This document shows positions 12,547 through 26,495 of a stretch of 64,000 nucleotides of DNA, in pieces; the stretch's first letter is position 1; the number at the start of each line of letters is the position of its first letter. This DNA comes from Phoronis australis (Eukaryota; Animalia; Phoronida), in NCBI GenBank assembly GCA_002633005.1, contig NMRA01000006.1, positions 789,861-853,860 of the forward strand, in the 5' to 3' direction. The translations under genes were made by a program, and so were the position numbers. The notes under the pieces were generated by a model. That model searched no databases. It was given only the letters and a program-made list of their open reading frames with translations, and had not been told where the DNA came from.

Positions 12547-12620
12547 GTCAACTGAAGAAATATTTGCAATCTTTGTTTCAATTGCATTCGTGTATGATGC
12601 AATAAAACACGTCATTTATG
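12547..12620 (+). CDS. SLC4A11: SLC4A11-like exon
   Basis: tgaag|...|gtagtt. Encodes STEEIFAIFVSIAFVYDAIKHVIY (conserved TRSTEEIF). Confidence 0.9.
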
Positions 12621-14808
12621 GTAGTTTTAACAACCCTTGTTCAAAGTTCTTAAATAGATTGCTTGCGAGATAATTAGTGAGGTGTATTGTTGTGCTACTT
12701 CCAATGACAACATGGCACTAACCTGTGGCGTGTGTTGTAATGCAGGCCATCTAAGAGATGTGAGGAGAAATCTTGGCTAATGGAATGGAAATAGTCAGTT
12801 TACACTCAACTTTTCCCAGAATTCATCATTCCAGCATCGCCATGACATCAGCGGAAGTTGGACAAAAATCTACTTGCTACTTATGTTGCTAAAGTTCCAT
12901 TTATTGTTAATATCTTTGAGATGTTTGACGTTGAGTTCACTGTTGGCAAAAACAGCTGTTACAACATCAAAGTTGAGTTGCTGTTGGCTAATAAAAGCAG
13001 TTCAAGTAAGGACTCGTTTAGTGACAGTCTAAGCAATCATAATGAAGGCAGTAATTTTAAATTTTGATGTATTTGAATGGACAACGGAATGAAAAAAGTA
13101 CAGGCCAGCTTCTTATGATCAAAAACAATGAATTGTGGAAAAATATTGAGTTTCTGTTGTCACCTCAACTTTCTAGTTGGCATCTGATTTTGATATTCAA
13201 CCTGAAGCTAAGACTAATTGACTTTAGACGTATTGTGTGATACAGTCAAATCATCTGCTCTGTGTCTAGATAGCCCTTTGCTCACTGAACTAAAACTTGA
13301 CACATTCGTTTACTTAATATTAAAAGCGTTTATTAACCCGCGTTCCATCCCAAAAGCGAACTTTTGATTTAGTCTACTTTCTTCCATTAAATTCGTCTCA
13401 ATTTGTTCCTTACTCAGATGAGAAGTGATTTCATGATTTGCAAAGAATTGACTCACTATTTTTTGAGATCATGCTTGGCACATAAAATGTGATGAGTTAA
13501 TTTGTATTCTGGAATCTATCTTTGGACCAAGTTCTGGAATTCCCTGCTATGTGATTGGTCAGTTTTCGAGTCAAGGCTTGACTAAAGTTTAGTGATTATG
13601 AGCCCAGCTTGAGGAAACAACAATTTGTGGAGAAAAGGTCTTGGTAGGAATTCATGCAGAATGACAGATTAATGAACTGCAAAAGGACTAGTAAGTTAAA
13701 CTGAAGACTGAACATATTGACGCCTTTTGAGATGTTTACTGTGAAATGTATGGTGGATGTGGAAACATGGATTAATCTGTGTGATTCTTTATCTTTAAAT
13801 CATTGGCCAAGTTCTGTCAAAATATGATATGTTTCTGTAACCAGAATCATGATTTGAAAATAAAATTTGACCATGAGCAATTCCAAATTACCTTGTGCTC
13901 ATCATAACTGTCACTGTCCTAACATGAAACTTTGAGAAGGAATAACCAATCCTAACTGATTTTTGGAGATGCGATTTTGGATGTTGTGAGAGCCATGCAA
14001 CTTTACGCTTCTGACAAAATCAGGGTATTTGTTTTATTTTTTTGTTACTTCTGCCTGTTGCTCTAATGTGGTTTTATTGAATATGATGACTGGTTACTGC
14101 TGCATAAATAATGGGTTAATAAGGCCCTATAGCGGTAATTGTCAGCCTTCAGGAAGTCCATTCTCATTAATAGGTTTTTAACTCTCCCTAAATTTTTAGA
14201 TATTTTCTGGAAATTTTCGATCCCTGACATGTGGCGTGTCATTGTGTATAATCACGTGACAACCATTCTTACAAAATTGTCATTTGAACGTGAATTTATG
14301 AAAAGCCTTAACTGCAGGCAATGTTTAATGTCTTAATGTCATTGTGTGGAGCTGTTTCTCAAAGATACGTTTAAGTAGTTTTTAGAAAAATGTACCAAGT
14401 CTTCATTTTAATGTCTGATATCTCCGTTGTTCGAAAGAAAATCAGAAATATGAGACACAAAAGGTGTGGAAAATTTCATTTGAATTGGTACATGCACTTG
14501 AGAGAAATCAATGCTCAAAACTGTTTAAAATGTGTGTGCCTGAAAATGGTGAAAAAAGATTTGGAATATAATTGAAATCAATTGGCTGAATTTTATGCGT
14601 AATGCAAATATTGCATATTTCAAAAAAATTATCTATAATGTTCTTATGTTCGCCTCAATTTGCATTGAAGACTGCTTTGTGTTCAAACTTAGCTTTTTAC
14701 CAAGTTTTGGGCTACAGTGTATATATCTTCTGTGTGACTGCATGTTATTTTTTAAAGGTGCCCTAGAACATTTTATGTATGACTGAAGCTGAGATACCTC
14801 TTTTGCAG

Positions 14809-14974
14809 ATATTACTGATAATTTAATGTGCGAAGGGAGTGTTAACAACAGCCAATGGAATGCCTCTCAGGTTGCTCAAAGTCAGGAGTGTAACATGGCT
14901 ACCAGTCTACTCTATATGATGCTGTGTTCGGGTACTGTCTGGATGTCTGTCTACTTATACAATTTTAAGCAGAC
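14809..14974 (+). CDS. SLC4A11: SLC4A11-like exon (extracellular loop and TM6)
   Basis: ttgcag|...|gtaagt. Encodes ITDNLMCEGSVNNSQWNASQ...SLLYMMLCSGTVWMSVYLYNFKQT. Phase is consistent with neighbouring exons. Confidence 0.88.
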
Positions 14975-15761
14975 GTAAGTATGCAGTTGAGTCAGCAATG
15001 TTTTTAATTTCAAGTCGCCATATAGTTCAAGTTGTCGCCTCTGCTCGGCCATTTTTTGTGCAAAGTTTTAAATTTAAATTTGTCTTGAGGGCATATGGCT
15101 CCCTATCGTTCTGTTGTGTATACCTTAATGTTGTTTTGATGTGTCTAATTATGTTGCATGCATTGTTTTGAAATTTTTTCTGTTGTGTCTAACATTAGCA
15201 AAAAAGCTTATTTTAAAGCTATTGGCCCTCTGAACTGTTTAATTATTTAAGATTTTTTTTGCTTCTTCATTTGATCAGGGTTTTTTATGTGGATGATGAA
15301 CATTTTTGTACTTGGTGTGTAAATTATAAGTTTTGGAGAACTCGCTGATTTTCTCTCAACATTATGCCCCCTACTGGAGAATGGTGACACTATTTACCGC
15401 GAAATTCCATTGCCCTCTGCCAATGTTCCACGGCAATTTCAAGGCTTTGGACCATTGGTAAGACAACTTAAATCTGGCATTTCTTGTCTACTTTCTTTGT
15501 GAGGTAGATGTAGTCTTATCTTTCTCCCACACAGCCTCTGTGACACTCCTCGCAATCTACAAATTTTCCCTGTCCGGCATTTTTAAATCAGTCTTTGTGT
15601 CACTAATGAGATTTGAGAGGCATGTCTAGTCCAGTCAAAAAGCCACGCTGCTCTGCAAAAGAACAGAGTAGAATTTGGGATATGAAAATTGCCATGGTAC
15701 TGCTAATTCATGCAAAATCTATTGAATGTGGATTTCATAACTAATTGTGCTTGTATTACAG

Positions 15762-15868
15762 TCCATTCCTCAGCGCTGGCAAGAGGGAACTTGTGTCTGA
15801 CTATGCCTTACCTGGAGCTTGTCTCTTGTTTGCTTTTCTGGGCTCCTTTTGTTTTGCTAGAGTGCCAT
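15762..15868 (+). CDS. SLC4A11: SLC4A11-like exon
   Basis: ttacag|...|gtgagt. Encodes PFLSAGKRELVSDYALPGACLLFAFLGSFCFARVP. Confidence 0.9.
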
Positions 15869-16059
15869 GTGAGTAACATTTGTTGTAAGTTGTTTGAGTT
15901 TGTTCAGTGTATGGTTACGCTGTGTGTCCTTTCCAATAGTGCTATCTGCTTTTGGAAAATGGCCTTCTGCATGAACAGTAGCAGGGTGAGTGGCTTTCTG
16001 GTCTGCATCTTTAAGGGGAAATAATTGAGGATTCAAAATACGCAAGGAAATGATTGGGT

Positions 16060-16275
16060 TGGTTTGACAAGTTGCTCAGTTGTGAGTGTGGTGGACTCTC
16101 AGTTAAAAGGAGATGGGTTGAATTCCTGTTTTGACCTGAACAAAGGTGCTTATAACCTGGTTTGTTTCAGTTATGGCTTGGAAGTAACTTATGATGGACT
16201 AACGTCTTGTCCAGGATGAGTTGTAAGACTCTCAAAATGTGCTCACTTTTCAGAAACTGAAGTTACAGCACAGGT
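16060..16275 (+). mobile_element. Decayed tRNA-derived SINE with a V-SINE-like central domain
   Basis: Worn A and B boxes (GTTGCTCAGTTG; GGGTTGAATTCC) are followed by GTAACTTATGATGGACTAACGTCTTGTCCAGG...CAGAAACTG, resembling conserved SINE cores (recognised by eye). Confidence 0.45.
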
Positions 16276-17350
16276 CACAAATTTTTTCCCGACTAGTTGG
16301 AGACAGATTGGTTTCCCTTGTTAAACGCTCGAGAAATAGCAGACTGTTCTGCAGATGACATTGCTAACTACCATAATGGTGACTTCATTGCAGACTCTTA
16401 CTGGCAACTGTGTTATTGCTGACTAGCTCTATGTTGAACCAGTTTTAATGCGGTTGTCTGCTGTTATTCATTCAAGATCTTGACCATATTGTTCCGTTTC
16501 AGTTTGAAAGTCTTCATATTTTAAAAAATTTTCCATTCACAGGACTCTGTTTTCATATCGTTTTTGGACTGAAGCGGGTCTCTTTTCAGATGTTTTAGCA
16601 CCATAATTTTGTTACAGGCCCTAGTCAAATTTGGGAAGTGATTAGACGATGGAGCATGGCTTACACTTTGAACTGGCCAAGCTTTGTGTTTACATTTTTC
16701 ATGCATGCAATGTTTAAAAAAAAAAATGGGAAGCTGTGACAGAACACAGTTGATGCCAGGATGAATGAAATTTTTACCAGCCTTCAGTAAAGACAGAAAT
16801 TCACTTATTCGCTTATTTCATTCAAACATCCTAACGAGACAAAACGTGGTAGTCTAATTTTGTTTTCATAGTTACATATTTGATGGTTGACCATACTAAC
16901 ACTTAATAAAATTTTTATCATCTTTTAACCATCAAGAGCTATCGACTTGTTTATTCAAGGTCATTATCAGTGTAGCCACAGGAACGAACAGCACCGACCT
17001 GTTAGGAAGACAAATTCATAAACACGTACAGTGATGTACAATGTACTTGCAAACTGAGGATATGCGTTTGATGTGAATCAGTCGGTGACCAGATATCTGA
17101 CCCAGGTGCTGACTGCAGTGGCAACCTAGCTGACGACTCCTAGCACACGGTTTCTTGTCTGATTGGAATTGGCTAGATTCATTACTGGTTGCTGTCTGCT
17201 TGGTGACTCATTGCCAACCATTCGGAGAAAAGTTCTTGACCTGTGTTGTAACAACTCACGCACTGAGCCTGACGGTTTAGTAAACTTTTATCTGTTAACT
17301 TTTTATTAGTTAAAAGAACCTTTTTGACTGATTCGTGTCTGTCATTTCAG

Positions 17351-17516
17351 TGAAGGTTTGGAACTATTCCAACAACCGGTTTGACTACATGATACATTTC
17401 TGGCAGTTACCTCCGGAATATGTGCTGGCCTGCCTAGGTTTAGGTTTTTCACTCTCAATTCTATTCTTCATGGACCAAAATATTGCCTCTGCTATTGTCA
17501 ACTCGCCGCTGAACAA
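17351..17516 (+). CDS. SLC4A11: SLC4A11-like exon
   Basis: tttcag|...|gtaagt. Encodes ...LGLGFSLSILFFMDQNIASAIVNSPLNK, with the FMDQN motif characteristic of SLC4A11. Confidence 0.92.
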
Positions 17517-17920
17517 GTAAGTTTGTGGCAAACTCCTTGGTTAAATTTTTTCCATCCAAGTCCTGTATTTTAAGATTTTTTTCATCGTCGGAGAATTAAA
17601 CATGTTACAGGAGGCATTTTCCTTCAGTATAAGTTTAGGATTTATGTAAATTCACTGCAATTTATAGTCATCGAGAAGGAAGACTTAATTTGTAGTAAGT
17701 GATATGTTGTCTCTCTAGACTGCACTCTTGAAGTGCTGACCTCTGCCAAAACATCAGAGATTCCTAAATCAATGCCTCCCCATGTGAAATTAAAAAATTA
17801 ATATAAAAATTGGTCAAGGATTGCTCTGTACGTTCACCATTTGTTGGTGTTGTTGTTGTTATATTGTTGTTCTTATCGTTGTTGTCATGATCATTGTTGC
17901 TGTGATTGTTGTTGTTGTAG

Positions 17921-18094
17921 ACTTGTAAAAGGACCGTCACACAACTGGGACCTGTTTATAGTGGCAATCATCAACTTGGTGTTCTCGCTGCTTGGTCTGC
18001 CCTGGGTACATGGGGCATTACCTCACTCACCCTTTCACATCAAGGCTCTGGCTGATGTACAGGAAAGGGTAGACCTCAGTCACGTCACCCAGAT
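17921..18094 (+). CDS. SLC4A11: SLC4A11-like exon (copy 1 of a probably artefactual duplicate)
   Basis: ttgtag|...|gtgagt. Encodes LVKGPSHNWDLFIVAIINLVFSLLGLPWVHGALPHSPFHIKALADVQERVD. Confidence 0.8.
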
Positions 18095-20245
18095 GTGAGT
18101 TGGTAAATAAGAATGTAATTTTTGTTAAACTCCCTTAGAATTGTGAGTGAATAGTGCCATCATCTAGCAGCCTCCTCTGCATCTCATTCATTAGTAAGAA
18201 TTGTTATGAAATTTAACGTGTGAGTTTCCATAAGGTAAATGATGACAGTGTTGATTTTGTCCGTGCTCATACTACTTCTATCCTGTTAGTTTAACACTTG
18301 GGTGATCTTTATGAAATTTACCGGTCTGTGTTCCATGAAGAAGATAACACGCTTGCAAAAACTAGTCTAGAGATTGAAGATAAACCNNNNNNNNNNNNNN
18401 NNNNNNNNNNNNNNNNNNNNNNNNNNNNNNNNNNNNNNNNNNNNNNNNNNNNNNNNNNNNNNNNNNNNNNNNNNNNNNNNNNNNNNNNNNNNNNNNNNNN
18501 NNNNNNNNNNNNNNNNNNNNNNNNNNNNNNNNNNNNNNNNNNNNNNNNNNNNNNNNNNNNNNNNNNNNNNNNNNNNNNNNNNNNNNNNNNNNNNNNNNNN
18601 NNNNNNNNNNNNNNNNNNNNNNNNNNNNNNNNNNNNNNNNNNNNNNNNNNNNNNNNNNNNNNNNNNNNNNNNNNNNNNNNNNNNNNNNNNNNNNNNNNNN
18701 NNNNNNNNNNNNNNNNNNNNNNNNNNNNNNNNNNNNNNNNNNNNNNNNNNNNNNNNNNNNNNNNNNNNNNNNNNNNNNNNNNNNNNNNNNNNATGTCATT
18801 TAAAATCTTATTGTTGAAGAAAAAGAAGAATATCCTACTCTATATGAAACGTGAACCAATCAGATTATCCACTCATAAAAATAAGCCCCTTAAGACAGAG
18901 CCAGAATATTCTCATTAACATCTAACTTGTGCAGTACAACCGTGTAATGTTGTTGTAACTTTTAATGTGTTTGAGTTTGTTTTGGTCCATTGGTCTTCGT
19001 GTCATCACTCTAAAATCCTTGGCCATATGTTGCTGCCATTTTCAAATTAGCGTTGTTGTTACTAAGTTGTTTCTTTATTGAATACTGTCATGAAATCCAT
19101 GTTCATTTTCAAATTACTTTTAAGGTAGCACGTAGCATAGTACTATTTAGCTAACAGATTTCAGACAGTAATTGTCTTTGTTAAATTGTTTTGTTTTATA
19201 CGAGCAAGTCCCTTCCAGTATTCACACCATGTTTTGTTTATTTCTGTAGTAAACATGCTCACCTACGGTTCATTCATATAGAAAGCATTGCAATAGACAA
19301 GATGATCATTAACACATGTGGCAGAAAAAGTGGTAGCTACTTTCTGTATGACTTCGCAGGAGTGATATCGGTTAAAATACAACAGAATGAAAAAATGATG
19401 AGCATTACCTAAACAGGAACATCGGAGCTTACAATCACCAGCTGTGGTGATTGGTGCTGTCCTGTTCCCAGCATATTTCTATGTACTGGCTTTCGGGGAC
19501 CCAAATCAGACTTAAGTAAATATGCGCAGAATTTGACTGCTCGAAGGCAAACACATTTCCTTTATATGTGCGATACTATGGACATTTTGTTTTATTATAT
19601 CGTTGTCAACTTCGTGTGGTTGAAAATATTCTTATACATGTAACTGCTAAAAATTCATTCAATGAATGAATGTGCTTGTTTAGTAAACCAAGTGAAAATT
19701 TATAAATAATTCCGATATTCATGTGGCCTGCTGGCCCTGCTGAACATCCATTGATTGTCCTAAAACTGATATCTGTGAATACACCAGTTTACAAGTGTTT
19801 GTATGTGGTTCCTATTCTAAATCACCTTGTTATGTTGGTTTCTGCACCGCTATACTTCTGTCATCGGTGAATGAATGATTATTGTTCTTCTGGATCCATG
19901 TTGTTTTTAATTATTCTCAGCAGGTCTGCTGGATGTTAAAGTTTGACAATGTGTTCAGTTCAAGCAACTTTGATTCTAATTGTCTCTCATTAAATGTTTG
20001 TCAGTCTTTCTTGAATAAACAGGTTGTGATGAAGAAAAATATTTGTTTTTATGATTTTACATAAGCTTAGTTGGTACTGAGCAGTAGCAGATCTACGTTT
20101 TTAGTAANGTGAAATTAAAAAATTAATATAAAAATTGGTCAAGGATTGCTCTGTACGTTCACCATTTGTTGGTGTTGTTGTTGTTATATTGTTGTTCTTA
20201 TCGTTGTTGTCATGATCATTGTTGCTGTGATTGTTGTTGTTGTAG

Positions 20246-20419
20246 ACTTGTAAAAGGACCGTCACACAACTGGGACCTGTTTATAGTGGCAATCATCAAC
20301 TTGGTGTTCTCGCTGCTTGGTCTGCCCTGGGTACATGGGGCATTACCTCACTCACCCTTTCACATCAAGGCTCTGGCTGATGTACAGGAAAGGGTAGACC
20401 TCAGTCACGTCACCCAGAT
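20246..20419 (+). CDS. SLC4A11: SLC4A11-like exon (identical copy 2)
   Basis: Identical to 17921-18094 within the duplicated block 17784-18386 = 20109-20711. Probably only one copy is real. Confidence 0.75.
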
Positions 20420-20819
20420 GTGAGTTGGTAAATAAGAATGTAATTTTTGTTAAACTCCCTTAGAATTGTGAGTGAATAGTGCCATCATCTAGCAGCCTCC
20501 TCTGCATCTCATTCATTAGTAAGAATTGTTATGAAATTTAACGTGTGAGTTTCCATAAGGTAAATGATGACAGTGTTGATTTTGTCCGTGCTCATACTAC
20601 TTCTATCCTGTTAGTTTAACACTTGGGTGATCTTTATGAAATTTACCGGTCTGTGTTCCATGAAGAAGATAACACGCTTGCAAAAACTAGTCTAGAGATT
20701 GAAGATAAACCTTTCTTTTGCCAATTATGACTCCAAGGCAACCAATATCCACAATTCTACATTTACAATGATCTTTTCTTATGGTGCCTCTTTGTTTACT
20801 TACCAGTATTTGTTTTTAG

Positions 20820-21015
20820 AATTGTGAAAGTGCGTGAGACCCGTGTTCCAAGTTTACTTGCTCACATCTTGATTGGATGTTCCATCTACCTGCTTCCCAC
20901 CCCTCTACAATTCATACCTCGTCCTGTCTTGGATGGACTGTTCATTGCCCTTGGAGTTACTTCCCTTGTTGGCAATCAGTTATTTGAGCGGATTTGTCTC
21001 ATTTTCGTTGAAAGG
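20820..21015 (+). CDS. SLC4A11: SLC4A11-like exon
   Basis: ttttag|...|gtaggt. Encodes IVKVRETRVPSLLAHILIGCSIYLLPTPLQFIPRPVLDGLFIALGVTSLVGNQLFERI. Confidence 0.93.
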
Positions 21016-21900
21016 GTAGGTAGTTCACTTGTTTTTAGAGGTGAGGTTTAGCATAGTTTACCAAACATCCGTGAAGTGTTTTTTGTATTACAAAGTTGGC
21101 CAATTTATAAAATAACGGGCATTATTTTTGATTTAAATAACTGATTTGATAATTTGAAAAATGTTTTTTTTAAGTTGACTTGACATCAAATTTCACATTG
21201 AAGTCATACTGAGGATGTCAATGGGCATGAACACAAATGCAGACATGTGAAAACATTAAATTTATTCTTAAAGAAGAAAATTCTTGTCTTACTTTTTCAC
21301 AACATTGAAAGTTATTTCACCGTTCCAACAACACTGAAATTGCCATGTATTGAAATGCAGGACAGTCATGATCATGTATTTGAGAAGGTCAAGTTTCACA
21401 TTCGTGTGTGATGATGTGTAAGCTATGATTGCCCTATGACCCTATTATTTTTTCTTATTTTGCAATTATTTTGAAGTAGAAAATTAAAGAAAATATTTTA
21501 ACGGTGAACTTTTTGTGTAAAAGATAAAACATCAAAATCATTATTTTTTTCTTACGCCGACGTAACCCGGTAAAACATAGGACAGGAAGGCTATCAATCA
21601 TTAATTTAGGCAGCTATATTAGAAAAAACTAGTTTGGACGCCCCTACTTTGTTTTGTCAGCTATTTTAGCACATGTGACTGTTTCAGTGGTGGCCAGGTG
21701 TATGACCTTTGTTGAAACAATCCCATCTGAAGTTGAAATCTATAAAACCAACTTCATTTACTCAACAATATAAAATCAACATATTTTGTATTGAAACATG
21801 ATCAATGAAGTTGTACCTCAGTGCCACTTTTTGGTGGATTTATGATTCTCATTTTGTGTAGGTGTGACGAAGGTTTCATTTCTGTCTGACTTGTTTGCAG

Positions 21901-22070
21901 ACCGCCTATCCTCCCAACCACTACATCAGGATATGTTCGTGGAATATGCTGAAGCGTTTTACTGCTCTTCAGGTGGTCCAGCTTCTCCTTCTTTGTGTCT
22001 TTGGATTCTCGCCCATTTCCTACATGAAGATGGCATTCCCTGTCTTTATAATGCTGCTCATTCCTATCAG
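21901..22070 (+). CDS. SLC4A11: SLC4A11-like exon
   Basis: ttgcag|...|gtgact. Encodes TAYPPNHYIRICSWNMLKRFTALQVVQLLLLCVFGFSPISYMKMAFPVFIMLLIPIR. Confidence 0.92.
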
Positions 22071-23270
22071 GTGACTTGTACTTTGTGAAATTATAGTATT
22101 ATGCTACGACACAACCACACTTTGAGACTACGTAAGCATTTTGTAGTCATCATATGTAGTTCTAAGTTGACTCAGGTAAAAGAGTTCAAAACTTCACAAG
22201 TACAGTAAAAATTCTCCAATCTGGACAGACTTTGGGACATGTTTCATTTTGTATTTCTACATTGTGTAAAAATGTTGGAATCTGTGCAGTTGATACGAAC
22301 TTAGCTCTGGCAAGCATGGCACTGATGAGCTATGTGCTTAGTATTCAGCTGCCTCTAAAGCTAAGTGCATCAGGTCCATGCTGGTTATCCACAAGCAAAG
22401 GAAAGTTGTCAGTGAAATATTCTATATGGCTAGCTACATGGAAGTGTCGAGGCAACGGAATAAATGCAAAGCTTTTCGCCTGTGCCAGGCCCAAGTCTAG
22501 AAGTCAGGGATGTCATTGTTAACGGATGAAAGAAATAAAACTGAAATCCATAGCACTGTGTACCAATGTGCCAAAACATTGAAAGTTCCTGCTCGACACA
22601 ACTGGAAGTCTGTTTTATGGCAGTTATAGCTTGAAATCAAAAGCTGTATCTGTCACACAGTGTCACTTCACCACTGTTAAAGAATAGTGTTGTTACCATG
22701 ACAACAACCAAATAAAGGTTTAAAGGGAAAGTGTACATTTACTTGTTATTTTCCTTCACTACCAGTTATTTAAGGTATATTTTAAACCTTGTTCTGGTAT
22801 CAAAAACGACTTTCTTCTCAGGCATATTTGCTCCTCCAAATTGATTGCAGTAAAATGTCTTGAAGGCTATGCGGCTGAGGGCAACCCAGCACTGTGGCAA
22901 CCAAACTTCATCAGGCTGGTGTGAGCAGTAATGAACAACTAGTTCTTAATCGTGACATCATTTCTAATATGCGGACTGGGGGAAAAGGTGAGACGGAGGC
23001 AAAAATCAAAATTTGCTTTTTTTAAAGAAGGCGCGGAATTTATTGCCCACTTCAAGGTAAATTGATATTTTTCTGACCATTATCAACTGTGCATGCTACA
23101 TTTTGTCAAGTGGAAAAGGGTACACAACTCTCACTTCTGTTATCCACTATACCAAGCAAACAAAGTGACCAATTTAAGACACTTATCCAAAGTCTAAGTT
23201 CAATCTTTCGATTTGTTGCTCGTTGAAGTAGAACAGTGTTGTATGATTTCTTGGTAATCTTCTCTTGTAG

Positions 23271-23334
23271 GATCAAACTGGTGCCCAAAGTTATCGAGCG
23301 AAAGTACTTGGACTGCCTGGACCATCATTTATAA
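23271..23334 (+). CDS. SLC4A11: SLC4A11-like last coding exon
   Basis: ttgtag| then IKLVPKVIERKYLDCLDHHL* (TAA 23332-23334). Candidate AATAAA at 24578. Confidence 0.88.
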
Positions 23335-26178
23335 GACTACACGCATGTATAAAGACATCAGCTGTGTGATGTGGAAATAGTTTTGTCTAATTTATAATAT
23401 GCCAATTGATACTTTGCCAATGCTTGGATGAGCAGCACACTTGTTTAGAATCTCACTGTTGTCCCCATATAACTGTTGATACATGTGAATGAAGTGGATG
23501 TCACATATTTGATGTGTTATTTGAAAAAAGAGAAGCCATAACAATTGAGTTTATTTTACCAAAACTGCTTGAATGCATTATTTTTTTGCTGTGGTCCTTA
23601 AAACTGTAATGATGCATTTTTTGTCAGACACAGTAAAACTCGCATGTCGAATCCAACCATGAAATTTTATTCTAGTAAGGAAAAACATTCAACTTATGTG
23701 AAGGTTCAAGCACAGACTTGAACAACCGTATGACGGAACTGCATGTACATCCGAGTTCAGTGGTTATCTGACCTATCTTTCTTCAACTTATGCAAGTTTT
23801 GCAATATTTTGTCATGTTTTTTTCAAATCAAGTTCGTTTGTCTTTGAATTTGTTATAGGAGTATTGAATGGGTATTGAATGCTGTCTTAGTTGGTCTAAA
23901 ACTACCTCATTCAAAAAATAGAATTCAAATCAGAAAAATTCTAGTCTTGTCATTCAAAAACTTATACTGAAGCACAAATCTGCCAGCTCTTGTTATTTGT
24001 TACTATGCAAATATTAGCCAATCTCTACAAGGGTTGCCGTCAGCAGTAGAATGAGGAGAAATCGTTCATTTTAAAACATGTCTCAGTAAAATGTATTTTC
24101 TGGAAGTAGAATGTCTGTAGAATTGTGAGTTTCGACTTTATAGCAACCAGTAATTAAACTGGTCATGGGTCCATGTGTTTAGCAAAAAAGAACAGAGTAA
24201 AATGAACCGTATTAGTAACACGTCCAAATCTTCTTTGGTATAAATGAACAGAATAAAATCTCAAAAATGATGGTATGGTTTTATAAATATTTTTACACCA
24301 ACTTCATTTTCTCATTAAAACCCCTCAAGCCAAAGTGGAACATTTGAAAAAACAATTCCTATTAGTGTTTTGGAAAATGGTGCATTAAGCATGGTATCTG
24401 AAAGTAACTAAATAGTCCTATCAGCCAGTTACGAGACGTTACGTTTTAAGGGTAGCCAAATTTGTAATTTTCCTAGGGTCCTGCATAACCTTAATAAATA
24501 TAAACAATTTCTAGTCTATTTGTATAGTATTAGTGCAGATATTTGAATAGTATTTGTATTGTTATTTTTATCATGTAAATAAAAGATCTCTAAGTGCCAC
24601 AATCCCTCTATTGTTGTTGCAAGACCAAATGGAGTGCAGTCTTCACTTATTTAGCTCACGATATGGCTTACAAATGAAAATAAATTTTGTCCTATTGCTT
24701 TAGAAAAATAAATATTACGAAAATTTGTCTTTTTCTTGATGCGTTCATTTCTGAACAATTCATCCAAGTTTCCACTAATAGTTGCTAAATAATTAGCCTT
24801 TCAAACACGTCTGTATTTTTGTGCAAAGGTAAATTACCTTGTACAAGTTTATTTCATCTTTTCTCGAGTGATATTGTAAGAACTGTCCTTCAGCTTCTCA
24901 GACAGCTAAAAACCTAAATCCAGGATTTCATTCTAAATGTAAAATATTAACCTGAATATGGAGTTTTTAAATCTTGTGATGGTGCATAAACAAATGACGA
25001 CTACATTTGAACTGAATTTCAAGTTTTTCCCAAATGGTGCTCATTTTACACGTAACGTAATTAAAATGTTTTCAAAATACCCAGACTCACTTCACTCATT
25101 TTTCCAATACGAGTAACTGCAGTTATACCAAGTTTCAGTGCATTGTATGTATGACTGCATCTGAGTATTGCTCAGTTTGTGTGAATAGATTACACATTAA
25201 TCTTTAAATGGGCTCAAGACTCGATCATGATTATACTGATGTGTGCAACTCAACCCCTAGGGCCCTTTGGCATGTTTGCCAGCAGTTACAAAAGGTCAAT
25301 TGCTAAATATACCAGTTGCTAATGGGTTGACCAAGAATGTCACCATTGTTGCATGAGAAACTAACCAGAACCAGCAGGTGTTAGGGGCCTACTGAATCTA
25401 CACACGTCGAAATCAAAAACGATTTGCATCAAGTTTTCACATTTTATTAACTAAAATTGAAAAACTGCAGCTCCACGCAGCAAGAATCCGTCATCACAAA
25501 ATGTTATGCAGAGGACTATGTTATTTCAACAATATAAACACGCAGAACACTTTTATTGTGCATTTTCACTAATATTCTGGCACCTTAACATCCACAAACA
25601 GTAGAAGCCATAGCCACAGATTTTGCAGTGATTCACCTCGGAGGCACCAAGCTTAACAACACAATGGAAGTCAATATGTTGTACAGATCATATCAACAGG
25701 TAGTTCAAATAATAGCATCGGAAAGACAATCGTCAAATAATAAGACCAAGACGTTAGCCACCAACAAGATCAAAACAAACCATGCTAACTAACATCACCA
25801 GGTTTGATGAACTAAAAGCATTAAACATAGGCAGTGCACGTATTAATAAATAATGCATATTTGTATCAGTGCACAGTTATTTGCCAGGTGTAACCCTAAA
25901 TTCGATCCCTAAGTACCAATTTATATATAAGGCATATTTACACACACAATTAGGCATTAAATTATTCATAGTGACTTGCAAGTGGTATCATTAGCAAATA
26001 ATAGGTAGCACAAGTACAAGTGTTGCCCAAAACATGATTAGTCCTGCTACCTCCTGCCAACAATTTGTGACAGACGGACACCTACTCGTCACAGGTAGAA
26101 CCTTTTTCATATCAGCTGAGAACACACCAACCATCAAGAGTCAGTCTCTTGTAATTGAGCACTAGTCGCTGCTGTGCT

Positions 26179-26304
26179 TTATGCAGAACCCAGACTTGGG
26201 AAATCTGCCTCGTCATCGACACGCGGTGCCTGGTCCACTTTACCGCCTCTTTCACCACGGAAACCCCCACGGCCTCGGTTGCCAAATCCACCACCACCAC
26301 CACG
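26179..26304 (-). CDS. SERBP1: SERBP1/HABP4-family last coding exon (5' part lost in the N-gap)
   Basis: Encodes RGGGGGFGNRGRGGFRGERGGKVDQAPRVDDEADFPSLGSA*: an RGG box plus the C-terminal DFPSL motif. Confidence 0.88.
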   Translation of the reverse strand, partial: RGGGGGFGNRGRGGFRGERGGKVDQAPRVDDEADFPSLGSA

Positions 26305-26495
26305 NNNNNNNNNNNNNNNNNNNNNNNNNNNNNNNNNNNNNNNNNNNNNNNNNNNNNNNNNNNNNNNNNNNNNNNNNNNNNNNNNNNNNNNNNNNNNNNN
26401 NNNNNNNNNNNNNNNNNNNNNNNNNNNNNNNNNNNNNNNNNNNNNNNNNNNNNNNNNNNNNNNNNNNNNNNNNNNNNNNNNNNNNNNNNNNNNNN

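Noticed and set aside
18298-18918. Long ORFs across N-runs (also 26112-26588 and 38783-39046)
   Set aside because: They are artefacts of translating assembly gaps.
17784-20711. Apparent tandem duplication of an in-frame 174-nt SLC4A11 exon (possible alternative exons)
   Set aside because: 17784-18386 and 20109-20711 look identical including intron sequence. Copy 1 ends exactly at an N-gap and copy 2 starts right after a lone N. This is typical of contig overlap or haplotype misassembly, unlike the diverged SERBP1 exon pair.
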